In this document: positions 39,612 through 53,049 of the stretch, in pieces
How the letters are laid out: each line of letters opens with the position of its first letter
Position numbering within the stretch: the stretch's first letter is position 1
Source of the DNA: Octopus sinensis
Lineage: Eukaryota
Direction of reading: 5' to 3'
Length of the DNA stretch: 64,000 nt
Assembly: GCF_006345805.1 (NCBI RefSeq)
Contig: NC_042997.1
Location: forward strand, 23,126,001-23,190,000
Notes under the pieces: model-generated
What the model was told of the DNA's origin: nothing
Seen by the model: only the letters and a program-made list of their open reading frames with translations
Database searches by the model: none
Made by a program: the position numbers and the translations under genes

Positions 39612-39815
39612 AGGGGAACATGGCGGACCGTCACCACACCCACCTTCTGCTTTTTTTTTTTTTTTTCGACTACCGAAATACCGAATCTGTAAAAAAATTA
39701 TTAAATTTTGAAATACCAATCTTTTTACAGATTCGGAATGTGGGTTTCTGTAGTAAAAATAAAAAGAAAAAAAAAAAGAGAAGGGAGTTTGTGGTGACGG
39801 TCCGCCGATGTCAGA
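39612..39815. mobile_element. Hairpin MITE-like element
   Basis: ggcggaccgtcaccaca ... tgtggtgacggtccgcc plus internal ccgaatctgtaaaa / ttttacagattcgg inverted segments; a third related end at about 37010. Confidence 0.75.
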
Positions 39816-41779
39816 AACATACGTCCATAACATTTGTTTTACCTGCGTTTCATTGAAAACAAATTCGTATCGCAACCTTTGGTTCTTTATTAAAATACTT
39901 TTGCAAGAGTTATAATTCCAATTGGTTTGAGACATTCTGTAACACTAAAATAATTCATTGATTTTAAAAGACGAAAATTATTTTGTACTGCACAAATTTG
40001 CTTTAGAACTCCCATAACAGTCGACACATGTGTCTCTTAGCTTACTTCTTGTTCAATAAATTTGATATTTTCTACTCGGTTGAAAACAAAGATATGTTTG
40101 AATCTAGATAATCTTGCGCGAAATTGTCTTCATTCTGTTCCCTTCTTTCTTGGCACAATTCAACTGAGTAAATCGATAAGATAATTTAAATTTTTTCTCA
40201 ATCTTGAAAGAAATTTTGGTTAATGTATACTTTAAGACCCGACCAACAAAACAAAAAAAATTGTAGTAGGTGTAAAAAAAAATGTGTATTAAACGAATAT
40301 AAGAACAAAAATTTGGACCAACGACCCAATTATAATGAAATCTGTGGGGAAAAGACTATGAAATAGAAAGAAATTAGTTTTCGAAAATGAACACCTTTTT
40401 GGAGTGAGAAAAACCGAGCAATCCTATTTGGCTATTCAGCGCAATTTAAGTACACTCAAAGTAACAGCTAATTCGCCCTTAACCTTTTTTTCCATTGTGA
40501 AACCATATTCAACACCGTATTTATGAATTTGTCTCTTACCATGATACATAGAATGTGTTTACTTTAATATCCAGCTACAAAAAAAAAAGTGTAATGAGTG
40601 TAAAAAAATGTGTATTAAACGAATATGAAGAAATTTGCGCCAACGAACTGGGCTGTGGGGAGAGGACTTCAGGAAAATACGCAAGATCCGATTTTTTTCT
40701 CATAACTTTTAGGAAAATGGATATCTTTTAATGAAATTTTGGAGAGGTGCGAAACTGCGTTAGCCCCAAATTTTGGCATTGCCATTTTGGTATTCTTTCG
40801 TTAGTAGTAGTAAAGTTGTTCAGAAAAGCACGTGGTATTATGTCGAAATGTTAAAAAGACGAGAAAAATGTTTTTAATGGCAAAAGTAAAGAAGAAGCAC
40901 ACCCGGTGGCTAGGGTTAGGGTTTTTGTTACGCCGAAAACGGGTGGTGTACGTATTCTTTACCTTCGCCTTTGTTTGGCACTCAACAACTTAAAGTTATG
41001 GAAAATAAATTTACAATGCACTCACAAAATCTATTGTGTACCGACAAACATACAGAGATTATGTACACGACCAGACATTCAATTTACGTTCACAAACGTA
41101 CTGTATATCGTAGTGTATTTATCATCAGTGTATTTCATGATAATATCAAAAAATTTCATTCGCAGCCAACCACATTGCAATCTGAATTTCGAATATGAAC
41201 TTTTTTTAATTACACTTTGATTTAATTTTAATTTAAGGAGTACAATAAAAGGAACTAAAATTACATGGCCGGGTAACTCGATAAATTCGGGACTAAAAAA
41301 GAATTGATACGTGAGAACAAAATTTGACTGAAAAGCAGTTAAACTGTTAAGTTTGGGTAGCCACAGACAATAATGGCAAATGACGTGCCCAAATTAAACT
41401 ATGGATACGCAAGAGATGCTTGGCGAGCTGAAAAAGAAGACTTAATACGAAGCAGGTGCGCTGGAGTAATTAGTTACCAGAACATACGTGAAAGAAACCC
41501 TTTCAAATGTGTAGACAGCTGTTACTTCGGTAACCTAATTAACTATGGTGCTGGGTATTCGCAAAGCTTTGTAGCTTGAATAAAGAAAGTTTAGGGAGCT
41601 GTTAACACTGCTAGCAATAAAGAGATTCTCTCTTTGAGTGAACGTTGTTGATAGACTTCCATCTGATTAGTGACTGATTCACTGCATTTCTGATAGAAGA
41701 GCGACAAAGGAATGTCTAGTTTCACTTGGTAGTTTGTAATTATCACATAATTTGTATTTTGCTTTAGTCCATATTAAAT

Positions 41780-42030
41780 ATTTAAAATTCTCTTCGTCTG
41801 TCATGAACTTATTTAGTAAAGCCCATTATTATTATTTTGTAAAGCATGGAATAAACTGCCTGCGTCAGTTGTTGACTGCCATGACACTGCATCCTTTAAG
41901 GCCCTCATGCTTTCCGAAATCCGCCGAAACTACACCTGATTATATATACACTTTAGATGAGTTGTAGTGCACCTGAGCACTGTACACAATTATTATTATT
42001 ATTATTATTATTATATTATTATTATTATTA
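41780..42030 (+). mobile_element. CR1-like LINE extreme 3' end with (ATT)n tail
   Basis: VKAWNKLPASVVDCHDTASFK-like frame followed by a short UTR and (att)n. Confidence 0.7.
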
Positions 42031-43165
42031 TGCACAAACACGCACATACATACATACATGTGAGTATGTTTAGTTAGATATATGTATGTACATTAGTGCC
42101 AAATAACGGAATATGTATGTATAAGGGTGCGTGCAAGTAAATCTCCTTGGTTTGGCCTCATGGTATGAAGTGGCATTGTCAATTGCATGTATGTTAAGTG
42201 TGTGTGTATGTATGCACCATACAAACGAATGTGTATGTATGGATAAGTGGGTGTGTGAGTAAATCTTATTGGTTTAATAGCCTTTCTGAATGACTTGTAA
42301 AGCACCTGTGACAAGGCCGGTGACAATAAGGATATAGAGCCAAAATGAAGATTGTAAGCAGACAGAATTTGGTCTCCCTGCCGTGCTTGATTTCCTTTGA
42401 AGTGGAACAGTAATAGATGCAGAGATAAGACATTCTTCCTGGTCCTGTCCAGCTATTTACATGTTAGAATGGTTGTTTATTTCCGTAAAAGTCAAGACAA
42501 GGGAAAACATCGGATCGTGTGAATTTTCCGACTCCTCTCCCTACCTCTTCCGAAAACATTTTTCTCAGAAATTTATTTATAATCGTAATCTGTACCATTT
42601 GAACGATATTGCTATAAAATTTCAGTAATATATATCCATTTTCCTGAAAGTTACGAGGGAAAAATCGAATCTTGTGAATTTTCTGAAAGTTTGCGCAAAT
42701 TTTTGTTTTCATATTCGTTTTCTACACATTTTTTTTACTCCTAGTAGGCTGGGTTATTTGTTTTCGTGACCGGGTTTTAAAATATACATTAACCCTATGG
42801 TTAAGAAGAGTGCATAAGTTGTTCGTTTATTTTATATTTTTTCTCATTTGTATGACTTTGTAATTCGGTGTTGTTCTTTGTCAATAGAACGCTAAAAATA
42901 GCATGAAACAAAGAGAAACTAAAGATGATCTTACAGTGTCCTAGACCCCCATTTGCCTGAAGACACGCAGATATACAGCTATCGTTGGATTATATTTAAA
43001 CAGTTATGTGCATAATATGTGTAAAATTAAGCAGTTACCAGCTGATATTGATGTACTGAAACAATTGTAGTGATTTGGAATAAAGCCTGTTTGTTCCATC
43101 TTCATGTATAAAGATTCTTTTATACATACATACATACATACATACATACATACATACATCATACA

Positions 43166-43198
<33 letters not shown>

Positions 43199-43264
43199 GG
43201 TGGTATCTGCATCTACATATACACACGCACATACATACACATATACCACTACAATCGTCTTCAG

Positions 43265-43800
43265 TTAATGTTTGTTTTCCATGCTGTCATGGGTTGGATG
43301 GCTTGACAGGAGCTGGTAAGGCTAGGGTTCACATCAGGTTCTATAGTCTGTTTTGGCTAGGTTTCTATAGTTGGATGCCCTTGCTAATGCCAACCACTTT
43401 ACAAAGTGTACTGAGTGCTTTTTATGTAGTATTATCACTTGTGCTTTTTATGTGGCACCAGCACCATTACTTTTTATGTCCTACCAACACCAATGCTTTT
43501 TATGTGACACCATGGTTTTAGGATATCAATTCCGTTGTGGTGGGCAGGTCTTCTTGAGGACAACAGTGCACAACATATCTAGGTCCTTTCTTCCATAAAG
43601 CTCAGTGTTTTGTGGTCGCCCTTCAATACATCATCCTATGTCTTTTTGGGTTTCCTTCTTCCACAACTTTCCTCCACTTTAAGTGATTAGCACTTCTTTG
43701 TACTACTGTCCTCATTCATCTGCATCACGTGACCAAACCAATGCAGTCTCCTCTCTTGCACACTGCATATAATTCCTCTTATGACCAACTTTTCTCTCAT
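43265..43800 (-). mobile_element. Divergent RTE 3' fragment
   Basis: Degenerate RTE tail plus minus-strand ...VQERRLHWFGHVMQMNEDS...VEGSCGRRKP. Confidence 0.7.
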
Positions 43801-44889
43801 AGGGGACCATGCGATATGAGGTGCGAGAATGGGTCTTTCGTACCACATCACACAGCTGATACAACATAGAGATATTGAAATAGTACAAACAAATGCCTGA
43901 TGGAAAAAGACACAACCATATAAGACTGAGTAAGAGGAGATTTATTGATACGTTAACATGTGTGTCTCTGTGTGCATCATGTATACAGAATAATAGACAG
44001 GCCGTCATGAGAACAAAGTGCATGTGTGTGTGTGTAAACATAGATGTATGCATGTGTTAAGAACATATAAGGATGGCAATGAAGATGATGATAGTGAAAG
44101 AGTCTATAGCCATCGAAGTGAGATGCAAGTTCACAGACACAATAAAGATGAATAATACCAGTTTGTAGTTAGTCGTACATGAAAGTTGAAATACTGTATC
44201 AAGAAGTTACGGTACCGAGCCAGTTGCAGGTATATATTGTATGTGAGTTGTGGCTATGATGCCTGGGTCACTTGATACAGGAGTTCATGCAGGTTGCATA
44301 TTCGCTGTTGATCCATGGTGAAGTGTTGGAACCAGGGTGAATTGCTTGCTGAGCTGTGTATGTAGAGAGATGATGTTGATGACATTAAGGACATGATGGT
44401 GGCAATAAAGACGGAAGTTGCCATAATGTTGTTGAACGAAGTTGGTAAGTCTCAACATAGGTGCTGTGGCGGTGGAGTCATCGTTGTTGCTGAAACTGGC
44501 CGTGTCTTTGTGGTCAGTGGCTAAACCTTAAAAGGTCTGGAACCAAAGATGCTGGAAAGAAGAAAAGCTGAGTTTTTTATAAGAAACAGTAGGCTCAAAC
44601 AGGATAGAGAACAGGCTGTCCCACATGATCCAATTTAGGGCCTCCGACTGGTTATACACAGCAAACTGGCGCAATCAAGTAAGAGACAAATTGCACCAAT
44701 ATCAACCAATCAGAGTAGTGGACACAATGGGATCCAAACAGTGGCCAAAAGCTAGCTGTTCCCTGCAACATTTGAATGCATGTATATATAATAAAGCGAG
44801 AGAGGAATTTCACCCGAGTCTCTGCTACACTCTCAATATGCTAATGCTCTCTTGTACATATACACTGGCATTGCACATCCAGTGGAGAA

Positions 44890-45440
44890 TACCAGTTTCA
44901 TTCCACTCTAATCTTTGTATGTCCTCTGCATCCAGGGCCCATGTCTCACTACCATGTAGCATTGCAGTTCATACACATGCAGCATACAATTTTCCTTTTA
45001 CTCAAAGAGAAATACCTTTGGTTGCCAACAGAGGTAAAAGCTCCCAAAACTTTCTCCATCTTATTCATATTCTTGAAATTATACTTTCTGTACAACCTCT
45101 TCTGCTACTAATTAGGTCATCCTGGAGGCAGAAATTATCTACAACTTCCAGAGAGCTTCTGGAACATTTGAGGAAATCAATTTCTTATGCATCTGTAGTT
45201 TTTATGGCTCCTGTATATCTTCCACATACAAACACTACTTTCTCTGTTAACCTTCATTCTATTTCACTATATGTCTAGAGCTTGCACTGGGTACACAAAC
45301 TAGAATTTCAACCTACTCCCTTCCAACATATTGATCAGAGCCATTTACCTGAAATGGGAAGTGTCCTGTCCAGTCTCTTGTTTACTAAGACTTTGGTCTT
45401 TGCTAAGTTAACTTTGATTCCAGGTTTTGTTTCCACACCT
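44890..45440 (-). mobile_element. Divergent RTE ORF2 fragment
   Basis: Alignable by eye to 300-890 (FQVWKQ, VNLAKTKV, eroded finger, AMLHGSETWAL). Confidence 0.75.
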
Positions 45441-45759
45441 GGAATTTCCTTTCTTTTCTAATTGTGTGCATGTGTGTGTATCTGTGTGGGTGCATGCCTG
45501 TATGTGCAGTTATATGTGTGTGTGTGTGTATATCCAAATCCTTAGATCTTACCATTACGCATATATGTGTGAGTGTGTGTGTGTTTACATATATGGATGT
45601 ATCAGATTGTATATTAGTATACTCCCATAGGTATAAGAACATCATTTGAATGCCTGTACATCAGTATACATGCCTCAGTGAGTCTAGGTATATGCTTACA
45701 TGTATGTGTACATGTGGATGTACATCTGTCTCTGTGTGTATGTGTGTATATATATATAT

Positions 45760-46097
45760 ATATGTCGCCTTACTAGCACTTGTGCTGGTGGCACATGAAA
45801 AACACTCGAGCAAGGTCGTTGCCAGTGCCGCTGGACTGGCTCCTGTGCAGGTGGCACATAAAAAGCACCATTTGAGCATGGCCGTTGCCAGTACCACCTA
45901 ACTGGCCCTCATGCTGGTGGCACATAAAAACACCCACTACACTCTCAGAGTGGTTGGCGTTAGGAAGGGCATCCAGCTGTAGAAACACTGCCATATCAGA
46001 TTGGAGTCTGGTGCAGCCATCTGGTTCACCAGACCTCAGTCAAATCGTCCAACCCATGCTAGCATGGAAAGTGGACGTTAAACGATGATGATGATGA
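45760..46097 (+). mobile_element. RTE 3' UTR/tail copy
   Basis: gagtggttggcgttaggaagggcatccagctgtagaaac...gacgttaaac(gat)n. Confidence 0.85.
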
Positions 46098-47076
46098 TAT
46101 GAGTAAATGTAATACATTTAATGTAATGTAATACATTTAATAGAAAAAAATGTACTTATGTATGGATCAAGTCCACTCTACCTATTTAACTTTTGATATT
46201 TATATTCTGTAAGTTTGACTATTTTATATCCATATATCTACATTTTTCCTATTAAATGTATTTTATATTCTGTGTTAATTGACTTGCCTAACTTGCTTCT
46301 CATTACTTGCACACACACATTATTATCTATATATGTCCTCATTCTATTACTCCTCTCTTGTTCTCACCTTGATAATTAAGAATGGTGATTCTGGCAAAGA
46401 TCTAAATGTGGAAAAGTATTTATTGACCCTCATAAACACTTTTCAATTTCCTCTCTCTCTTTGCATTCTATCCCTTTTCTTTATTTTCTTTTTCTCTTCC
46501 TCCTATTGTTTTGGATTCTGTACCTGTCATTCTAACTCTATTCCAAGAATATAGCTTTTTAAGTATATTTTTTTACTGATAGTTCTCTTTTTACATCTTT
46601 CTTTACATCTTTTCTACTTCTTATAGAAATTCTTCATATACTTAGCTTTATACATACTTTAAAATTATGTTATTCTAATTCTGGGAGGAGCTTCTCAAAT
46701 TCCTGTTTTCTTCATTCCCTGCATACATATGTGATTTTTCATTTGTAATACTTTCCTGCGTGTGTGTGTCCTACCACTGCTTGGCAACCAGTGTTGGTGT
46801 GTTTACGTCCTCATAACTTAGCAATTCAGCAAAAGAGACTGACAGAATAAGCACCAGGCTTAAAAAATAACAAAAAGTCAAGTACTGGGATCAATTATTT
46901 GACAAAAATTCTTCATGGTGGTGTTCCAGCATGGCCACACTCTAATGACCAAAACAAATAAGAGAATAAAAGAATATGTATAAATGTAAATGTTTGCCCA
47001 AATAAAATTGCACCTCATGTTTGAAGCTCTGATGAAACTATAGGGTGATACTCAAGCATTCACTTATAAGTAAATT

Positions 47077-47900
47077 GGGATAGTGCTACTTTAGTGTGCA
47101 GTCTACCACAGTTTCCTACTTTAGCATGCGGTCTACCACAGTATCCTGTCTACGGTGTGAAATTACTTTTAGTGTGTGGTCTCCCGTTTCTTATCCTGTT
47201 ACACTTTAGCGTGTGATCTACCTCCCCTATAAGAACTTTATACTACAGGATGATAAAAACAAATTGAATAATGTTGAATAATGATTTATTAATAACTTAG
47301 ACTTAAATCTTAATTAACGATACTCACTTCATACATCATTTAGGAATGCCACAAACAAATTTCCTGCATCTTTTCTCAAAAATTTCCAATTTTATACATT
47401 TACATAATTTTCTTGAACAAAAGGAGCATTGTCACCACTTATCAGCTTCCCATGATTGTATTTCTGCCGACCAGCATATCTTGCCTCATCAACTTCAATG
47501 AGGTTGTTGTTTGTCCCAACCATCTTACTGTGTTGACGATGAGAAACAATGGTTCTACAAACCTCTCTGCACATGTACTGGAAGGCTTTCCTGTTATAGT
47601 CACTGCTTTATTCATGGGTATTACTATTATGAAAAAGAACACTAGCTCTAAAATCTCACACAAGCTCAAATTGCAGTGCAACTTGTTGTTGATGTCCATA
47701 TAGTGAAAAAAACGGTTACCTTTCTGAATAGAATACAAAGTTTGACATCCTTTGCAAAAACAGTGAAATTTAAGCCAGCATTCTCCACTTCTGTCACATT
47801 TTCGTTTTTCTTGCATGACACTACCCACATCGATGATAAGGGTCTGCTTTTCATGATGTATCCAGAAGATAGTTTTCTTATAAAAATGTAACTGCTGTTT
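47077..47900 (-). mobile_element. Merlin-type element relic (transposase N-half, subterminal tandem repeats)
   Basis: C..C..YSIQKGNRFF...LSLCEILELVFFF and MCREVC...GTNNNLIEVDEARYAGRQKYNHG (first catalytic Asp motif); ~30-bp actttagtgtg.gtctacc repeats at 47088-47225 after a GG-starting end. Confidence 0.75.
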
Positions 47901-48139
47901 CCTCTGTAAAAATTATATGTCTATAGAACTCCTTTAGGTGATCATTTGATATAACTTTCAGAAATGTCACTTTTGATCAGATGTTGATCAGCTGTTAAGG
48001 TATGGCATTAGGTAAATTCCGTAAAAATTTTTTATTTATTTTTGTGGGTGGAAATGTACATTTCGTTTGATGTCAGCATAAAGTGAAAGAGAGTGAAAAT
48101 GGACAGGGACGTGTGTATGTGTTGATAGAGGATCCTTAA

Positions 48140-49995
48140 AGAGGAAGCAGCTGTCTTTAGACTTGAGTGGTACCACAAATGAAGACCGAGGACCAAACAC
48201 TTGTCCAATCAAGTGATATACTGTTTTCAGGTCTTTACTGTCATATGCTTTCTGGATTTTTTTCAGAAATATCCGACCACCATTTGTTTTTCATTTGTCG
48301 TATCTTTCTTTGGAGTGATGATTTTATCCTTTTGAGAGACTGCAGTAAGGGCTTTTTCTCTTTATCTGGGGCCCCTAGGTATTTTTCGTGCAACTTATTT
48401 TTATCTTCGAGAAGTTTATTGATCTGTAGATTGTTTTCATCAAACCAGTCCTGATGTTTTCTGTTTCTGAGACCAAGAACTTCAACTCCAATATTGTAAA
48501 TAGTGGTCTTAAACTGAGCCCAAGTTCCAACAAATTCTGCTTCTCCAATAGCATTCCTAAGATTTGCCTGCACCTTAGAGTCCCTTAATTTCAACACATC
48601 AATACGTTTAAGGACTTTTATTCCTCCAGATCTTATTCTACGCATAATGCGGAGTTTCAATTTACTGCATATGAGCATATGGTCAGTCCCACATTCTGCA
48701 CCTCGCATGACTCGGACAGTGCAAACATCTGGAAGGTTTCATTTCTTGGTGATAAGGTAATCAAGAATATGCCAATGTTTGGATCTTGGGTGCATCCAGA
48801 TAGCTTTTCGGATATCCTTCTGATAAAAAACAGTGTTGCAGATGATGAGATCAAGTTTAGTGCAAAGCTGAAGAAGACAGAGACCATTGGTGTTCTTTTT
48901 GCCCAAACCATGTCTCCCAAGTGCATCCCAGGTCTCATAATCACATCCAACATGGGCATAGAAAGTGCCAAGAAGGAGGATCTTATCTGCATTTGGAATC
49001 GACATCATAACTGATCTAAGATCTTCATAGAAATCCATAATAGATTCATTGCTGCTATCAAGAGTATTTCGACAGAGATAACAGTCATAAAACGATTGCA
49101 TGATAGAGGAGCCTGAAGATACATAATCCTATTACTGAAACCATTAGGTTGTTCAATTTTGTGGGTTAACTTGGTATGAACGGCAAAGTCAACACCCCCT
49201 ACTTGTTTTTCACCCTTTGGTTTACCCTTCCAAAAGAAAGTGTATCCAGCATCTGTTCCTGTCAACTGATCTTCATCACTCAACAAAGTTTCAGAGAGTG
49301 CAGCAATGTTGATGTTATACCGAGCCAACCCCTTGGCTATTATGTCAGTTCACCATTCAGGGTTACTTGACCCTTCATGATCAAGAAGTGTCCTGACATT
49401 CCATACAGCTACCCATAATTTATGTTTCTTGCTTGCATGTTTTCTCTTCGTATTCCTCCTGCTGTAGTGAACAGCTGTCAGCTGCAAGTTGCTGACCGGC
49501 TTAATGGTAGAACAGGCTTTTGTTTGGGTCACCTTTTCTAGACCTTTCCCAGATTTCTGGGTGAGCAGTGCTATCCTAGAGAGGGCTGCTCTGATGCTCT
49601 CGACCCCACCAAAACATACTGCTGTTCTTTCAACAATGCAGCAATGTTAGATGGGCCCTGAGCCACCCAAGTGCAGATTCGTGACTATGTGCTCCCAGCC
49701 CATTAAGCCTGCACATCTTGCCACTATTCCATCGCTGTGGGACTTGAAGAGATATCTGTACATTTAAATATCAATGCTACACTCTTGTACGACATGTATA
49801 GCACCCACTCTTCCTGCAAAATCTGATAACCAGTGACAAACCAAGGCAAGATGACTGGGTGATTATGGAGGTCGCATGTTTTATTATCCTGGAGTTTAAC
49901 CTCTCTAGTGGTTTTATATCAGAGTGTCCTTCTCCCAGTTTTTGCCCAACCAAAGGCTAACTGCAAGACAGCAGTGAAGGATTTGAATTCAGAGT
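48140..49995 (-). mobile_element. BovB-like RTE LINE, 5' UTR plus endonuclease region, no RT
   Basis: VAVWNVRTLLD, NIAALSET, YTFFWKGKP, WMHPRSKHWHILDYLI, MRGAECGTDH; ctaggagaaggtaactct-type 5' UTR end. Confidence 0.85.
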
Positions 49996-50118
49996 TACCT
50001 TCTCCTAGGAGCTCCATCTAACCTTTTAACTACATCCACAAAAACAAACAAATCAGATACAATAAAAGAAGTAAAAATACAAATATATATATATATATAT
50101 AAAACATGTACATGCAAT

Positions 50119-50380
50119 ATCATCATCATCATCATCATCGTTTAACGTCTGCTTTCCATGCTAGCATGGGTTGGACGGTTCAACTGGGGTCTGGGAAGCC
50201 AGAGGGCTGCACCACGCCCAGTCTGATCTGGCAGTGTTTCTACAGCTGGATGCCCTTCCTAACGCCAACCACTCCATGAGTGTAGTGGGTGCTTTTTACG
50301 TGCCACCGGCACAGGTGCCAGACGAGGCTGGCAAACAGCCACGATCGGATGGTGCTTTTTACGTGCCACCGGCAACGCAC
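50119..50380 (-). mobile_element. RTE 3' UTR/tail copy
   Basis: Same (cat)n-cgtttaacgtc family. Confidence 0.85.
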
Positions 50381-51419
50381 ATTTATTCAAGAATTAAAAA
50401 TGTAAATAAATATATATACAGACACACACACATACCAAACACACACACACCCAACACTCACCATACCAAACACACACTTAGCACACATATCCAAAATTCA
50501 GCCAACTATATATATATATGTATATATAATTGGTTGGCCATTGACTCTTAAAAGTTCTTCCTCCCTTTTACATGTCTTGTTTTTAGTCTTGCAGGGTGTC
50601 CAATACACACCCTCCTCACCAAGTGGAATTGGTGGGGGAGCTGGTTTTGTCGCCGACGACCTGACCATGTGACAGTCAATCATCAGTCGCTTTAGTAGTA
50701 GAGTCGTTGTAGTTGTATGAGTCAGTGTCAGTTACGTGTGATATACAGAGTTTGAGTTATCATCAAGGTAGATGTTTCAAAGTCATTGTCTTGCAGAACC
50801 ATCAGCGATAGCACGATAGATGGGTCAAAGATAATTAGACGTAGAATACCGCCACAATATATTAGTGGCGACAAGAATATTACAGTACCGACAGCAACAT
50901 ACCAGTGGATTACATAACCCATGCTAGCATGGAAAACAGACCTTAAACGATGCTGCTGCTGATGATGATGATACAAACATACATTACATATTTACATAAA
51001 TACAGAGATAGATACATACACACACACACACACACACACATGCATACATATATATACATATACATACATAGAAACATACACACACACACACATGTACATA
51101 CATACATGTAGGCAGTGAATGTATCAAATAGATTACTTTGTACTAATCGTTCCAGTCCTCTGCACTCTGAGTTGAAAGATTGCCAAAGTCACTTTTGCAT
51201 TTCATCTTTTCAGAGTTGATAAATAAAGTATCACCCTTGCACTGGCGTTGATTCTTCCTTTTCTTAATTTTTTTATTTTTGTCTCTCTTTCTCTTTCACT
51301 CTTTCTTTTTGTCCGTCTGGTACACACCAATAAGTCTAAAAAGTGCCCAAGATGGGCTGCATGTCACAATGTCACTGCAACAACTCCAAAGAGTTAAGGG
51401 CCCATAACATGGCATATGT

Positions 51420-51895
51420 ATTTATGTGTGTGTCGAATTTGAAATCGAAATTGAACCAAATTCGATGACTGGCATCCGTGCCAATGGAGTGCTATGAGCT
51501 GTTTGGCTTCTGTGCTGGTGGCATGTAAAAAGCACCATTTGAGCGTGATCGTTACCCACATTGTCTTACTGGCACTTGTGCCAGTGGTACGTGAACAAAA
51601 CATTCGAGCGAGGTCGTTGCCAGTGCCGCTGGACTGACTTATGTGCAGGTGGCACATAAAAAGCACCATTTGAACGTGGCCATTGCGGGTACCGCCAGAC
51701 TGGCCCTCGTGCCTGTAGCACGTACGTAAATGCACCCACTACACTCTCGGAGTGGTTGGCGTTAGGAAGGGCATCCAGCTGTAGAAACTCTGCCAGATCA
51801 GATTGGAGCCTGGTGCAGCCATCTGGTTCGCCAATCCTCAGTCAAATCATCCAATCCATGCTAGCGGACGTTAAATGATGTTGATGATGATGATG
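51420..51895 (+). mobile_element. RTE 3' UTR/tail copy with internal repeats
   Basis: ggtggcacataaaaagcaccatttga units, gttggcgttaggaagggcatcc, (gat)n tail. Confidence 0.85.
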
Positions 51896-52273
51896 ATATA
51901 TATATATATATATATATATACTCTTACTCTATTACTTGTTTCAGTAAAACATTTATGTGTGTGTGCATGTGTACATGCATGTGTATGCATACATGTGTGC
52001 ATGCATGCATAGATACAGATACCTTTAGGTACATATACAAAGACCCCCTCTTTCCACTCAAACATTATTGAGATTAACAATTGTCGCTACTGACAACCAT
52101 TGTTCCATCGTTGGGTCTTGAAGCAAGGTTAGTCAAGTTCGGTATGGGTCCTCTTCATCAATTCTGAGATAGAGGTGCTTTTTTTCCCCATTATCTTTTG
52201 AATACTTTTCGTGTTATGAAAACCTATTTCTAAGTATGTTGTTTTGCATATTTCAGCTTCATCATCATCAGCA

Positions 52274-52396
52274 ATGTCTTCTGCTGGCTATGGAACCATA
52301 CCAAAACAGTCTGGAGGGCCCAACCTGAATCTTTCAGGAAGATTAGATTTGTCTTATTTAATGTCCCAGCGTGGAGTTCTGAAAGTGCTACAGATA
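52274..52396 (+). CDS. MARVEL-domain (CMTM/plasmolipin/MAL-like) protein, coding exon 1 (exon begins at 52257)
   Basis: Acceptor ttttgcatatttcag at 52242-52256, ATG at 52274, donor ATA|gtaagt. 41 codons MSSAGYGTIPKQSGGPNLNLSGRLDLSYLMSQRGVLKVLQI; the LDLSYL..RGVLKVLQI motif is typical of MARVEL N-termini. Phase 0. Confidence 0.9.
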
Positions 52397-53049
52397 GTAA
52401 GTATCATTCTTTAGTGACCATCACAACTTAAGCTTGTAATACAAAATATCAAACTCTTTCATAACCAACCCAACAGAAGTTAATTACCTTGATTAACATT
52501 TTTCTTATTTCACTTCAAGAATTCTTTATTTATCTCATTCATATGTATTGCAGAGCACACTGTCCAAAAATTACAATTTGTTATTTTTAATATCTGTACA
52601 TACATTTATTTCATATAGAGACAATATTTTTTATTGATGGGATCTCTGTATTTGGGTGGGGATTTTGATGTTAACACTTTGTAGTCATGGTATACCAACA
52701 GAAAACCAGAAATTTAGGAATACAAGACATACTGGGAAAGTTAACATCTAGAATAACAATGAAATTAAGACGATAGGTTACATAACCTTGGTGACTTTGT
52801 TAGTATTAGGTTGTTTACCATATAAAAATATATTGGCTAAGGTGTAAATAAGGTGAAAGTACTTGTGTATTTCTCTTTATATAAAGGATAAACTTTATGA
52901 GACAATATACAAATATCTTTAAAAAATATAGTGTATATTAGTGATTGGGGAAGACTGAATTGAATATCCTCTTTTAAATGAGGAATTTTAGTTTATAAGA
53001 AAGTTTCAGAGTATAGCAAGAGCTGATGTACACAAGATATTACTACATA

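Noticed and set aside
44060-44600. Possible LTR plus primer-binding site (TGTTAAG..., AATAAAG, cggtaccgagcc); similar-looking segment at 50600-50900
   Set aside because: No second LTR, TSD or gag/pol motif; the PBS match is poor.
44625-45278. 217-aa ORF on +
   Set aside because: Largely the antisense read-through of a decayed RTE fragment; no independent homology.
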